Origin: Promethearchaeum syntrophicum
Lineage (GTDB): Archaea > Asgardarchaeota > Lokiarchaeia > Sigyniarchaeales > Promethearchaeaceae
Length of the DNA stretch: 32,000 nt
Assembly: GCF_008000775.2 (NCBI RefSeq)
Contig: NZ_CP042905.2
Location: forward strand, 3,510,001-3,542,000
Direction: 5' to 3'
The notes under the pieces: generated by a model
The model's input: the letters and a program-made list of their open reading frames with translations, nothing else
What the model was told of the DNA's origin: nothing
Database searches by the model: none
Shown: positions 1 through 8,648 of the stretch, piece after piece
Numbering within the stretch: the stretch's first letter is position 1
How the letters are laid out: the number at the start of each line of letters is the position of its first letter
Program-made: the position numbers and the translations under genes

Positions 1-1
1 A

Positions 2-127
2 TTATTTCTTGGCCATATTTTTAAGCATTACAGCGTATTGGCCGAGGAGGAAGCATGTGCTGAACTATATGGGGAGATTTATGAAGAGTATAGGAAGAAA
101 ATCCCTAGATATTTGCTTTTTTTCTAA
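2..127 (+). CDS. C-terminal fragment of an isoprenylcysteine carboxyl methyltransferase / phospholipid methyltransferase-like (ICMT/PEMT superfamily) protein, 5'-truncated by the window edge
   Basis: Frame 2 reads LFLGHIFKHYSVLAEEEACAELYGEIYEEYRKKIPRYLLFF* with the stop at 125..127. The EE...(F/Y)G..Y..Y....PR ending is typical of this family's C-terminus. The fragment is absent from the ORF track because its start lies outside the window. Confidence 0.72.
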   Translation, partial: LFLGHIFKHYSVLAEEEACAELYGEIYEEYRKKIPRYLLFF

Positions 128-457
128 CATTGATAGGTCAATTTTTACAATTAAAGGAAAATTTTTGACCTTTAATATTAGAGAGTTCAAAAATCAGAAA
201 TATTACATTAAGAAAAAGTCGCCCCACTCAAAATATAGGCCGCATAACTATATACTTACCGTCGGTACCTTGAAAGAAAACTTCTTCGATGTACCATTGA
301 TTAAAATTTTAATATTTTTATAAATTTCACAAAAAACTTTAAAGAAATTCAAAATATATTGAATTTCACACTACGTAATGGGAATTACCTTAATGAATTT
401 AAATTCAAATACAACATATTGCTTGTAAAAACAGTCAGAAAAAAAAATGAGAGAAAT

Positions 458-829
458 TTAATCTTCTAAAATATCCAAAATTCGATTTGTCGTCGAACGC
501 ATATTTACAAAAGCCAAGTCCATCCGAGCGTCCTCGTCTAAAACACCAACGATAATATAGTCTAAACCCGCCTGCATTACTATAAACTTCCCGTCCGTGC
601 CCTGTATGATGCATATGTCGAGTTCCCCTTTTTTTAATTCAAGTAAAACTCGTTCACATGTTGATAAGATGATAGCAGACATGGCAGCGATATGCATTTC
701 TGAAATACCACTCTCGAGTATGGCGGAGACAATGAGTCCTTCACGCGAAACTAGGGCAGCTGATTCAAGGCCTTCTATTTTTTGCATAAGTTCCCGTAAT
801 ATGAAATTTAACTGTGCTTCTTCTTCCAT
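458..829 (-). CDS. Roadblock/LC7 domain protein
   Basis: 123 aa ORF: LRELMQKIEGLESAALVSREGLIVSA...AAMSAIILSTCERVLLELKKGELDICIIQGTDGKFIVMQAGLDYIIVGVLDEDARMDLAFVNMRSTTNRI. This is the canonical Roadblock/LC7 pattern. Confidence 0.9.
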   Translation of the reverse strand: MEEEAQLNFILRELMQKIEGLESAALVSREGLIVSAILESGISEMHIAAMSAIILSTCERVLLELKKGELDICIIQGTDGKFIVMQAGLDYIIVGVLDEDARMDLAFVNMRSTTNRILDILED

Positions 830-1086
830 TTTGGCACCAACGTGATCAAAGGATTAACAAATTTGTAGATTTTTTTAGATTAACAATTCGATAAATCTTT
901 TATATCAATTATATTTTATTAAAGACTCTTAAAAAATTTACATAAATTAGTTAACATGGTGTTGGAGAAGGTAAAAATCTATTGTATCTAATTGAGGAAA
1001 AATGAAAAAAGTTAAGAAAAAAAAAGCAGAATTAACAAAAATGAAGAAGTTGAAATGATTTCAAAATCACGTAACCAATCATTAAA

Positions 1087-2439
1087 CTAATCATTGAAGA
1101 AGTTATCAAATTTTTTTATCGCTACTTCTATGCGATTATTGATTCGTTGATTTCTATCAAGTTTACTTTTAATTGCTTCATTACAAATTTTTTTCCCTAC
1201 ATTAACCATTGGGTTTGAGCTCCAATTTACATCGAGAAGCATACATAGATAATAAACAGTTGTTTGAATGAACGCAATACTGAATCCAAAAGAATATGGA
1301 GTTATAGATTTGAATGTCAACTTAGAAGCCGGAACTTTCTGTTCTAAAAGGGCTTGAAATGTAGCATCTAGCTGATAATTTACGACAGAAAGCGCGGTTG
1401 ATCCTTCTTGCATTGGATTTTCACCTTCCTGATGATTAACATCTCCATCGTGTTTCAAAATAACATCGGTGGGTTCTTGTAAGGTAGTCCAAAGAAGTGG
1501 GCTGGTATGTCCCTTACTTCCACCCAGCAATAATTCAAGAACTGAATGTTGACAGAGGGGTGCTGCTTGATATGTACCGAGGATCCCGTTACCTTCTTTT
1601 CCAGTGCTTTCGCTGATTTCTTGCACAAATAAGCCTGTGAGACCTTCTAACCATTGCGAATATGGCATTGAAAATATGTTTCTATACCCTTTTTTGATAA
1701 GGTGGTAAGCATAAACAGCAAATTGCAATGCACTATTCAGATCAATGTTTGATTTGTCCAAATTTTTATAGAGCGCGTATCCATCTTCAAGTCCTTTCTG
1801 AACTTGTTCAACTTTGATACCCGAAATTAAAGCAGGAACAAGCATTACAGAACAAACCGAAGCAGCAAATCTACCCGAAAGGTCGGGAACAGGTAAAATT
1901 GTTGCATTGAATTTTTTAACCATATCATTCATTGGACCTTGGGAGGATAGGGCTAAAATTTTATATTCTTTAAATAGTGGGAGTATCGAATTGACATCTA
2001 TGGTTTTTCCTCCTCGTGATATTGGGATTACAAGCGAATCGGATGGTAATGTTCGAAAAAGGACTTCGGAAAGCTCATGGGGGCGTGAACTGTATAGAAA
2101 ATGAATTTTTTTTTTTGCAAACAGGCTTAAGGCTTTCATAGTTTGATATGATCCGCCTGTTCCGAGAATAATGAGATTTTTTAAGCTTGGATCTTCTAAA
2201 AATGGTGTGCAAATTTCCTTAAAATGGGCGAGATCTGCATATCCGTAGACATCCATAAAGAATGGTTCATCCCAATGGGATTTATTTTCGTTAATTTTAT
2301 CAATTGCCCTTTTGAGCAGTTCTTGCGGAACTATGGGATAATATTCTAATTCTAAGGGATTTTCTGGCATGTACATCAATAACCTTTTTTCATTAATAAT
2401 TCTAATTGGATCATCAAGAATTTCCAAGGCAGCTATCAA
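1087..2439 (-). CDS. Glucose-6-phosphate isomerase-like double-SIS domain protein
   Basis: 450 aa: ILGTGGSYQTMKAL, VIPISRGGKT, DLSGRFAASVCSVMLVPALISG (PGI-like GGRFS..S.VGL.P) and QEISESTGKEGNGI. Confidence 0.65.
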   Translation of the reverse strand: MIAALEILDDPIRIINEKRLLMYMPENPLELEYYPIVPQELLKRAIDKINENKSHWDEPFFMDVYGYADLAHFKEICTPFLEDPSLKNLIILGTGGSYQTMKALSLFAKKKIHFLYSSRPHELSEVLFRTLPSDSLVIPISRGGKTIDVNSILPLFKEYKILALSSQGPMNDMVKKFNATILPVPDLSGRFAASVCSVMLVPALISGIKVEQVQKGLEDGYALYKNLDKSNIDLNSALQFAVYAYHLIKKGYRNIFSMPYSQWLEGLTGLFVQEISESTGKEGNGILGTYQAAPLCQHSVLELLLGGSKGHTSPLLWTTLQEPTDVILKHDGDVNHQEGENPMQEGSTALSVVNYQLDATFQALLEQKVPASKLTFKSITPYSFGFSIAFIQTTVYYLCMLLDVNWSSNPMVNVGKKICNEAIKSKLDRNQRINNRIEVAIKKFDNFFND

Positions 2440-2857
2440 TGATTTCTTTTGCTACCTCATAGGCTTTTTGAACTATTTCGGTGCATTTTTCGTGTCTACC
2501 TTTAAGATTCCAATTGATCTCTCCACTTTCTGAAAAAAAAGTTTTCATATAATCCTTACATAAAAGAGAATCGAACTTTTTTGTTAGTGTTCTTTTAAAC
2601 TGATTACTTAAATCTCTAATTTTATCATCATCTAGTCCATTTTTTGATAAAATGAGCCCAATGGCAGATAATGCGCCTGAAATAGCACCACAAACGGAAT
2701 ACTCACCAAAACCAGCACCAAAATGAATAAAAGCAGGATAAAAGATTTCTTTTCCTTCCAGATTATAGGAATCTAAGAGACCACATGAAACAGATTGAGC
2801 ACAGTTAGATTTTGCATCCCAGTACTTCATGACCAATGAAAATGAATTAATACTCAT
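2414..2857 (-). CDS. C_GCAxxG_C_C family (redox-type) protein; the track start at 2911 looks over-extended
   Basis: NCAQSVSCGLL...FGAGFGEYSVCGAISGALSAIGLI...LCKDYM...KCTEIVQKAYEVAKEI Cys pattern. Met at 2857 avoids a poly-Phe leader (IPLFFFFGLL) encoded by a homopolymer tract and avoids overlap with the upstream gene. Confidence 0.75.
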   Translation of the reverse strand: MSINSFSLVMKYWDAKSNCAQSVSCGLLDSYNLEGKEIFYPAFIHFGAGFGEYSVCGAISGALSAIGLILSKNGLDDDKIRDLSNQFKRTLTKKFDSLLCKDYMKTFFSESGEINWNLKGRHEKCTEIVQKAYEVAKEIIDSCLGNS

Positions 2858-2897
2858 TGCATTAAGTAAACCAAAAAAAAAAAATAAAGGTATGGAA

Positions 2898-4406
2898 TTA
2901 ATCCTTATCACTATAGATTTGAAATTTTTGTAAATACTCTCCGTATTTGATTAAATTGAAGAGTGCATCTACACATCGATGAGGAGTTTGATAAGTAGGA
3001 AAAAGATTTTCATTTAAATGTCTGAACATGCTATCGTTATACCCCCATAAATTAGCGAAAACCATGGGAAATTTATATTTCTTGACAATTTTTTGCGCAT
3101 CTACAACACTGGCTTCAGCCATCTCGCGCCATTGTAATAGAATTTCTTGAGGTTTTGGTTTTTCGATAAATTCCTTGCCAAAAGAGGTATAGTTGAAAAA
3201 TTGATCTCCATACGCACCGTAAATAACCATTCCATCAAATTCCCCAGATCTTGCAATTATTCTTGGAATTTTTATAAAAAAATCTACCGGATTAAGGCTG
3301 AATGTAAAATCTAATGGATTAGATGGTTGTGCAGTAGGGACTAAATATTTCTGAATTTTTTTCTTTACTTCTTCACTAAATAAGGGTAATTCTAATCCCT
3401 TTCTGCTAATTCTATCAGCCATTGTTGCACCAGGACCACCAGAATTCGTCATTACTACAATTTTTTTACCTTTCGGGATAACACCTAAAGGAATTAAATG
3501 AGAAAAAATCATAGCGGTATCAAAAAACTCTTCAACAGAATATGTCCGAATAATACCTGTCTGCTTAAATAAACCATCATAAATTTCGTCTTTTCCAGCC
3601 ATTGAACCGGTATGGCTACTTACAGCCTTCGCACCTCCTTCAGTCCCTCCCACATAAAGGGCAATTATGGGTTTTTTTCGGGATATTCGTTTAGCTATGT
3701 CGAAAAATAGACGCCCTCTTTTGATTTCCTCAATATAGATCATTATAACTTCTGTAAAAGGATCCGTCTCTAAATATTCCAAGCAATCACAGAGATCTAT
3801 TATTGCTTCATTTCCCAATGAAAATGTCTTATTCAGGTAGAGATTTCTTTCTTTAAGAATAGCAAACGTGTGGGAAACGAAAGTTCCACTTTGTGAAGCA
3901 ATTGATACATTTCCTGGGGGGAGTGAATATGATTGAACTGTAGTATTAAGAATACATGCTTCATTAGGATTATTAGAATAATTAGTATGAGTATTTAAGA
4001 TACCGATGCAATTTGGACCGAGGATATGCAAGCCAAATTTTAAAGCAATTTCTTTTAGTTCATTACTTCCCGTATTATTGTTTATTTCTCGAAAACCAGC
4101 GGTCACCAAAATTACATTGTTGACACCAATTTCACCTAATTCCGTTAAAATTTGGGGTACATGCTTCTTTGAAACAACAATTTCTGCAAGATCTACCTTC
4201 CCAGGGATTTCCTTTATTGATTTATAAGCTTTTAGTCCGAAAATTGTTTCTAAATTAGGATGAATTGGATAAATTTTTCCTTGAAAACCATTATCGATTA
4301 GAGTCAGTAATTGTAAAGCCCCCATATTATAAGGAACATTCTCATTAGCACCATAAAAAGCAACAGCATGAGGGTTCATAAATTTTTCTAAGAAATGTTG
4401 ATTCAC
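2898..4406 (-). CDS. NDP-forming acyl-CoA synthetase alpha-type subunit (CoA-binding domain plus succinyl-CoA ligase-like domains)
   Basis: 502 aa: CoA-binding start AVAFYGANENVPYNMG, LGPNCIGILN, SQSGTFVSH, catalytic-His-like motif AVSSHTGSMAGKDE, VVMTNSGGPGATMADR. Confidence 0.85.
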   Translation of the reverse strand: MNQHFLEKFMNPHAVAFYGANENVPYNMGALQLLTLIDNGFQGKIYPIHPNLETIFGLKAYKSIKEIPGKVDLAEIVVSKKHVPQILTELGEIGVNNVILVTAGFREINNNTGSNELKEIALKFGLHILGPNCIGILNTHTNYSNNPNEACILNTTVQSYSLPPGNVSIASQSGTFVSHTFAILKERNLYLNKTFSLGNEAIIDLCDCLEYLETDPFTEVIMIYIEEIKRGRLFFDIAKRISRKKPIIALYVGGTEGGAKAVSSHTGSMAGKDEIYDGLFKQTGIIRTYSVEEFFDTAMIFSHLIPLGVIPKGKKIVVMTNSGGPGATMADRISRKGLELPLFSEEVKKKIQKYLVPTAQPSNPLDFTFSLNPVDFFIKIPRIIARSGEFDGMVIYGAYGDQFFNYTSFGKEFIEKPKPQEILLQWREMAEASVVDAQKIVKKYKFPMVFANLWGYNDSMFRHLNENLFPTYQTPHRCVDALFNLIKYGEYLQKFQIYSDKD

Positions 4407-4435
4407 ATTATATCACTTTTTTCATTCAATCTTAT

Positions 4436-4515
4436 GTAAATTAATGAAAAACGAGAACATTTTTAATTGCTATATTACGTAAATTAATGAAAAACGTGAA
4501 CATTTTTAATTGCTA
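4436..4515. repeat. Two tandem copies of a 37-bp unit (4436..4472 and 4479..4515) with a 6-bp spacer
   Basis: gtaaattaatgaaaaacgagaacatttttaattgcta and gtaaattaatgaaaaacgtgaacatttttaattgcta differ at one position. They lie in the divergent intergenic region 4407..4531. Confidence 0.95.
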
Positions 4516-4531
4516 ATACATCTAAAAAAAT

Positions 4532-5455
4532 ATGTCATGGCTTCCATTTGCCGGGGGATTGTTAAGTGGTATAATTCTTGAAAAACTCCAAAAATATTTT
4601 CTAAGGGGAAAAAGATTACGAACTTTAGAAAAAAAGGAACTCCATTGGATACGCTCTTCACAAATTAACCGAGAAAATGAAATAATTACTATGCCAGATG
4701 GAAAAAAACTACAAGCTTATATCTACTCTTCAGATTTAACCCCAGAAATTGCCCCAAGTGTATTGTTTTTACACGGATTTGGGGGATTTGCACAAGATTT
4801 CAATTTTGAAGGATTATTAAGTTCAATTTGCCTTGCTGGGTATAGAGTATTTGCATATGATTTTCGGTCTTCTGGAAATTCACGAAAAAAAGGAGAACCC
4901 TCAATTTTTGGTGCAGCAAACGGAGATTTCATTCAATTAATATTTAAAGACGTTGTTACTGCGATAGATTGGATGTATCAACATGAAGGGATTGATAAAG
5001 CAAACTTATCAGTAATTGGAGGTTCACTTGGTGGCGGTATGGTTTTAAGTTCTGCATTACATGATGAAAGAATAAAAAAATTAATCGGATTTTGTGCACC
5101 TTATGATTTTTCTGATGTTTTTAGAGATGGTTTTATTGAAGGTTCTATAATAAATCGCCTGTATTTTAAGATTTTATTTAAAAAATTAACAGATGTTGAG
5201 GATTTCCTTCTGAAAGTTCATGATATTTCTCCAATTGTTAAAATAGATGAAAATTTCAATTATGAAAACCGTGTCTTTCTTGCTCATTCTCGAAATGATG
5301 ATGTTATTGCATTTGAAAAACATTTTTTAAAAAATGTAGAAAAAATGAAGATCCCAACACGAAATACAATAATTTTTGATAAAGGTGGACATGAATTCAC
5401 AGGAAATTCCGCCCCATTAATTGCTCGAATATTGTATTGGTTAGGAATTAGCTAA
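4532..5455 (+). CDS. Alpha/beta hydrolase, possibly with an N-terminal membrane segment
   Basis: 307 aa: VLFLHGFGG, DFRSSGNS, nucleophile elbow GGSLGGG, HSRNDDVI acid loop and GGHEF catalytic His. Confidence 0.85.
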   Translation: MSWLPFAGGLLSGIILEKLQKYFLRGKRLRTLEKKELHWIRSSQINRENEIITMPDGKKLQAYIYSSDLTPEIAPSVLFLHGFGGFAQDFNFEGLLSSICLAGYRVFAYDFRSSGNSRKKGEPSIFGAANGDFIQLIFKDVVTAIDWMYQHEGIDKANLSVIGGSLGGGMVLSSALHDERIKKLIGFCAPYDFSDVFRDGFIEGSIINRLYFKILFKKLTDVEDFLLKVHDISPIVKIDENFNYENRVFLAHSRNDDVIAFEKHFLKNVEKMKIPTRNTIIFDKGGHEFTGNSAPLIARILYWLGIS

Positions 5456-6814
5456 TCCCTTTTTATACCAGCGAGGCAGAACTTTCGGAGGATATTTCTC
5501 ATAAACTTTACGTAGAATATTTCGAATTTGATCTTTTGTTGGAGGCTTGTCTCCAAGCTTCTGTTGATTCAATAATTCTCCATATAACTTCATTGTATAC
5601 CATTGATCTTCTTTTGTGCCATAATATTTGAATAACGCAATTCCGATCCCATAATCATACCCAATACAGGATTTAAGCATTTCTTCAGCATTACATTCAA
5701 CGCTATTTGTGATACAATAAATACTAGCATCTTTACCGTAGTCCTTAAAGCGGTGCGCCATATTTTTTTGGAAATACCAATGCATAATATTTCCCAAACG
5801 ACCCCATTTTTTTCCATCATCAACAGTTCCTGCCAAATAAGGATAATTCATTGGAATTGCTGAATCCATTGCATTGGTTAAACCCAAATAATCCTGAGCA
5901 ACCAATTTACGACTATAAATGCGAGGTCCGGGTAAATTAAACCAAGAAGTACTTATTTTTTCATCCACTGATTTGACTGCATCGTTGAATTTTCGACCAT
6001 ATTCAACAATATTAGCCATTCTAAATTGATCCCATTCCTTACACTTCATTATTTTATTGGCTTTAGAAGGATATTGTTCAGCAAATGCAGTTCGACATCT
6101 TTCACAGCCACAAAAATCTCTGAAACCATGATGATACCGTATATAATCTGCTAAAATTCCATGAACGTGATATTTTGAAGTTATTTCTTTTACGAGATCT
6201 ACCATATAATCAATATGTTCGGATCTTGGACAATGAAATGCCGTTAAAGGAATATATCCTTGCCCCCTTGCTCCACGAGAAGCCCCGATTTTTTCGTCAA
6301 CTTTATCTGTTAGAAAAGGGATTTTTTTCTGCATCTCTTTCAAAGTTACCCCTTCAGGCAAATCAACTCTCATTTCACCTTCCGGATGAATTCCGGGGTC
6401 GCCAGCTTTATGGTTTTTTCCATCTTTGATATGCATGCAAACGGTTTCTGGATGTTGCCATCCTTTGTATGCATCATTCATATTTGTGATCGAAAGCATG
6501 AATATGATATTCTTTTTTTCGCAAATATCAGAAAATTCCTCGACCAAATCGCGTCCTGTTGGATTCCATCCGATTTTAGTGTTTGCTATAGTTGCACCAT
6601 CAGTATCTTTTACAACTAATCCAAATGAATTGAAATTATGATCGATAATCTTATCAATAATTTCTTTGGGATTGATATGGTCGAGGTTGTAATCCAGTTT
6701 TCGAAATCCGTGAGGACCACGTACAGGCATCAAAGCTTGTGAATATATTTTTTTATCTCCCAGATGCATACGAAAAGGTAGCAGTTGTGTTTCAGATAAC
6801 ATTGGATGTTTCAT
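5441..6814 (-). CDS. Putative TIM-barrel glycoside-hydrolase-like protein
   Basis: 457 aa: GILADYIRYHHGFRDFCGCERCRTAFAEQYP. The F.C.CERC..F pattern follows a D-x-R-Y segment, resembling uncharacterised GH-like/beta-galactosidase-type barrels. No exact family can be assigned. Confidence 0.5.
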   Translation of the reverse strand: MKHPMLSETQLLPFRMHLGDKKIYSQALMPVRGPHGFRKLDYNLDHINPKEIIDKIIDHNFNSFGLVVKDTDGATIANTKIGWNPTGRDLVEEFSDICEKKNIIFMLSITNMNDAYKGWQHPETVCMHIKDGKNHKAGDPGIHPEGEMRVDLPEGVTLKEMQKKIPFLTDKVDEKIGASRGARGQGYIPLTAFHCPRSEHIDYMVDLVKEITSKYHVHGILADYIRYHHGFRDFCGCERCRTAFAEQYPSKANKIMKCKEWDQFRMANIVEYGRKFNDAVKSVDEKISTSWFNLPGPRIYSRKLVAQDYLGLTNAMDSAIPMNYPYLAGTVDDGKKWGRLGNIMHWYFQKNMAHRFKDYGKDASIYCITNSVECNAEEMLKSCIGYDYGIGIALFKYYGTKEDQWYTMKLYGELLNQQKLGDKPPTKDQIRNILRKVYEKYPPKVLPRWYKKGLANS

Positions 6815-6817
6815 TTT

Positions 6818-7672
6818 TTAATCTCCTTTTTGTGCTATACAAATTGTGGGTCTAATGTATTTTGCTGTAGATCTTTTTTGGAAGACAATCCATTTGACTT
6901 TTCTTTGTATTTTAAATTTTTTTTTGATTATGGGGCTTTTTCGCCATAAATAAAGCATAATCTTCGTAATTTTTCTAAAGTTTTTGAAACCTCCAACTAA
7001 TTGAAACAAATCACGTAAATTTAATTTTTTTTTCACGAAGTGTACCTGAATATCCTTAAAATTAAATTCAGTACACCATTTTTCATAATCCGATATGAAA
7101 GGTACGTTTAATTTAAAACCTGCTATCTCTTCGAATAAAGTTCCTGCTTCAAGAATTTGGTTTAATTTTTTTTTGGGTATATCCGATTCTAACATTAATT
7201 CATTAAATGCGACATATCCACTCGGTTTCAATACTCTGTGAAATTCTTTAAAAGCTCTAGGATGATCTAAGAAATAAGCCATATATTCAGTGAAAACTCC
7301 ATCAAATTCATTTTTATGAAAGGGTAATTCATGGGCGTCAGATATTTGGAATTTAACTTTATCTTCCAAATTTTTCCCCGTGGCAGTTTGTTTGGCAATT
7401 TCAATTGATTTTTCGGCAATGTCGATACCAGTTACATTTAAATCAAATTTTTCGGCTAAGTAAAATGCGCTTTTTCCTACTCCACATCCAACAATCAGGA
7501 TTTTTGATTTTGGAGGAAATTTATGGATATTCATTAATTCATTCCAAGTTTCTAATCCTCTCCAATTAAATGACTCTAATCCCATTTTACTCAGCAAATC
7601 ATACCAAGGGAGCTGTTCCCATTCTTTGACGTTTATTTCAGATCGTAATTTTCCCATTTTTTTGCACCTCAT
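6818..7672 (-). CDS. SAM-dependent class I methyltransferase (UbiE/Methyltransf_11 type)
   Basis: 284 aa: ILIVGCGVGKSAFYLAEKFDLNVTGIDIAEKSIEIAK, DAHELPFHKNEFDGVFTEY, FHRVLKPSGYVAFNEL. Confidence 0.85.
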   Translation of the reverse strand: MRCKKMGKLRSEINVKEWEQLPWYDLLSKMGLESFNWRGLETWNELMNIHKFPPKSKILIVGCGVGKSAFYLAEKFDLNVTGIDIAEKSIEIAKQTATGKNLEDKVKFQISDAHELPFHKNEFDGVFTEYMAYFLDHPRAFKEFHRVLKPSGYVAFNELMLESDIPKKKLNQILEAGTLFEEIAGFKLNVPFISDYEKWCTEFNFKDIQVHFVKKKLNLRDLFQLVGGFKNFRKITKIMLYLWRKSPIIKKKFKIQRKVKWIVFQKRSTAKYIRPTICIAQKGD

Positions 7673-7730
7673 ATAATTTTACCTTTTAATCTTAAAAAAT
7701 ATTAATAAATAAAGTGAATGAAAGTAAATT

Positions 7731-8597
7731 ATGCAAGAAGAACACCAAAATCCGTTTAAATCATTTTTAAAAACGTTCAGATTTTTCATAGTGTTTGTGC
7801 TCATTATGCTAATAGGATCTATATTATTTATGATAAATGAAGGGGCGTTGGATATTGCGATTACAAATGTTTTTTATGATTCCAGTTTGTCCTTAGGGGA
7901 ACGATTTTTCTTGATAGAGGCTCAACCGTGGAAATTCTTAAATGATGAAAACGATTATTTTGAATATTTTCTGTATTTAACATTAATCCCTATGATTCTA
8001 ATTGGATTGATTGGTTTAATCATGAAAAAGCAATGGAAATTCCTTTTGCGTTATGGATTATATGCTTTTTTTTCAGCAGTTGTTGGTCCAGGTATTGTTG
8101 TAAATTTCATTTTCAAAGATTTATGGGGTCGTCCCCGACCAAGACAGACAGTTTTATGGCCCAATAGTGTAACTGCAGACAATTACGAATGGTATGCACT
8201 ATGGAAACCAGTATTTATTGAAGATCCTTCATTGATTGGTCAAGGAAAATCATTTCCTTCAGGTCACGTTGCTTTATTAGCCATATATGTGATATTTTTC
8301 TTTATGTTTATGCATCCCGTTTTATGGGCTCAGCTGTTCAAAAAGGGTAAGGAAAATTCTAAAATCAAACTCTTTTGTACTTTCAAATGGCTTGGATTAA
8401 TTTTTAGTATTATTGTGGGGATCTTCACTGGAATTGGTAGAATTGCAGTTGGAGCACATCATGCTAGTGATGTTTTATGGAGCTTTGGAATGGTTTACAT
8501 TGTAAATGCAATATTTTATTATTTGATATTTCAAATTCCTAAATTTGAGAAAAAAATGGTTCTTGATTATAACTTGTCAATAGAAATTCTGAAGTAA
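7731..8597 (+). CDS. PAP2 superfamily membrane phosphatase
   Basis: 288 aa multi-pass: KDLWGRPRP, FPSGHVALLA, GRIAVGAHHASDVLW (C1/C2/C3 motifs). Confidence 0.87.
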   Translation: MQEEHQNPFKSFLKTFRFFIVFVLIMLIGSILFMINEGALDIAITNVFYDSSLSLGERFFLIEAQPWKFLNDENDYFEYFLYLTLIPMILIGLIGLIMKKQWKFLLRYGLYAFFSAVVGPGIVVNFIFKDLWGRPRPRQTVLWPNSVTADNYEWYALWKPVFIEDPSLIGQGKSFPSGHVALLAIYVIFFFMFMHPVLWAQLFKKGKENSKIKLFCTFKWLGLIFSIIVGIFTGIGRIAVGAHHASDVLWSFGMVYIVNAIFYYLIFQIPKFEKKMVLDYNLSIEILK

Positions 8598-8648
8598 AAA
8601 AAAACCTATGAGATAATTTCTTATAGAACTTCATTTCCATATATAATT

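Noticed and set aside
257-267. Short inverted repeat TACCG-T-CGGTA
   Set aside because: A 5-bp arm with a 1-nt spacer cannot form a meaningful hairpin and is expected by chance. It could only be a protein-binding palindrome.
9-323. 104 aa plus-strand ORF from the track
   Set aside because: Starts at TTG, overlaps in another frame the convincing ICMT-like C-terminus (2..127), and its later part is low-complexity Lys/Ile/Phe sequence from an AT-rich intergenic region.
597-845. 82 aa plus-strand ORF opposite the Roadblock gene
   Set aside because: Fully antisense to a well-supported domain gene, with Ser/Met-rich composition typical of spurious antisense frames.
1002-1058. Tiny Lys-rich ORF MKKVKKKKAELTKMKKLK
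   Set aside because: Only 18 codons, in poly-A-rich sequence. This composition arises readily by chance and nothing else supports translation.
1814-2104. Antisense ORF over the PGI-like gene; similar cases at 4006..4227, 4723..4932, 5590..5823, 6175..6641, 9131..9471, 10639..10881, 14672..14884, 15933..16124, 17605..17829, 18676..18864, 22104..22427, 24616..24825, 25805..26068, 26809..27195, 27488..27697, 28989..29291, 29447..29683 and 30076..30454
   Set aside because: All are shadow frames lying mostly or wholly opposite larger genes with recognisable or coherent products. None has an independent motif.
4436-4515. CRISPR interpretation of the 37-bp repeats
   Set aside because: Only two copies, a 6-bp spacer rather than about 30-40 bp, and no cas genes. 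A tandem duplication explains it.
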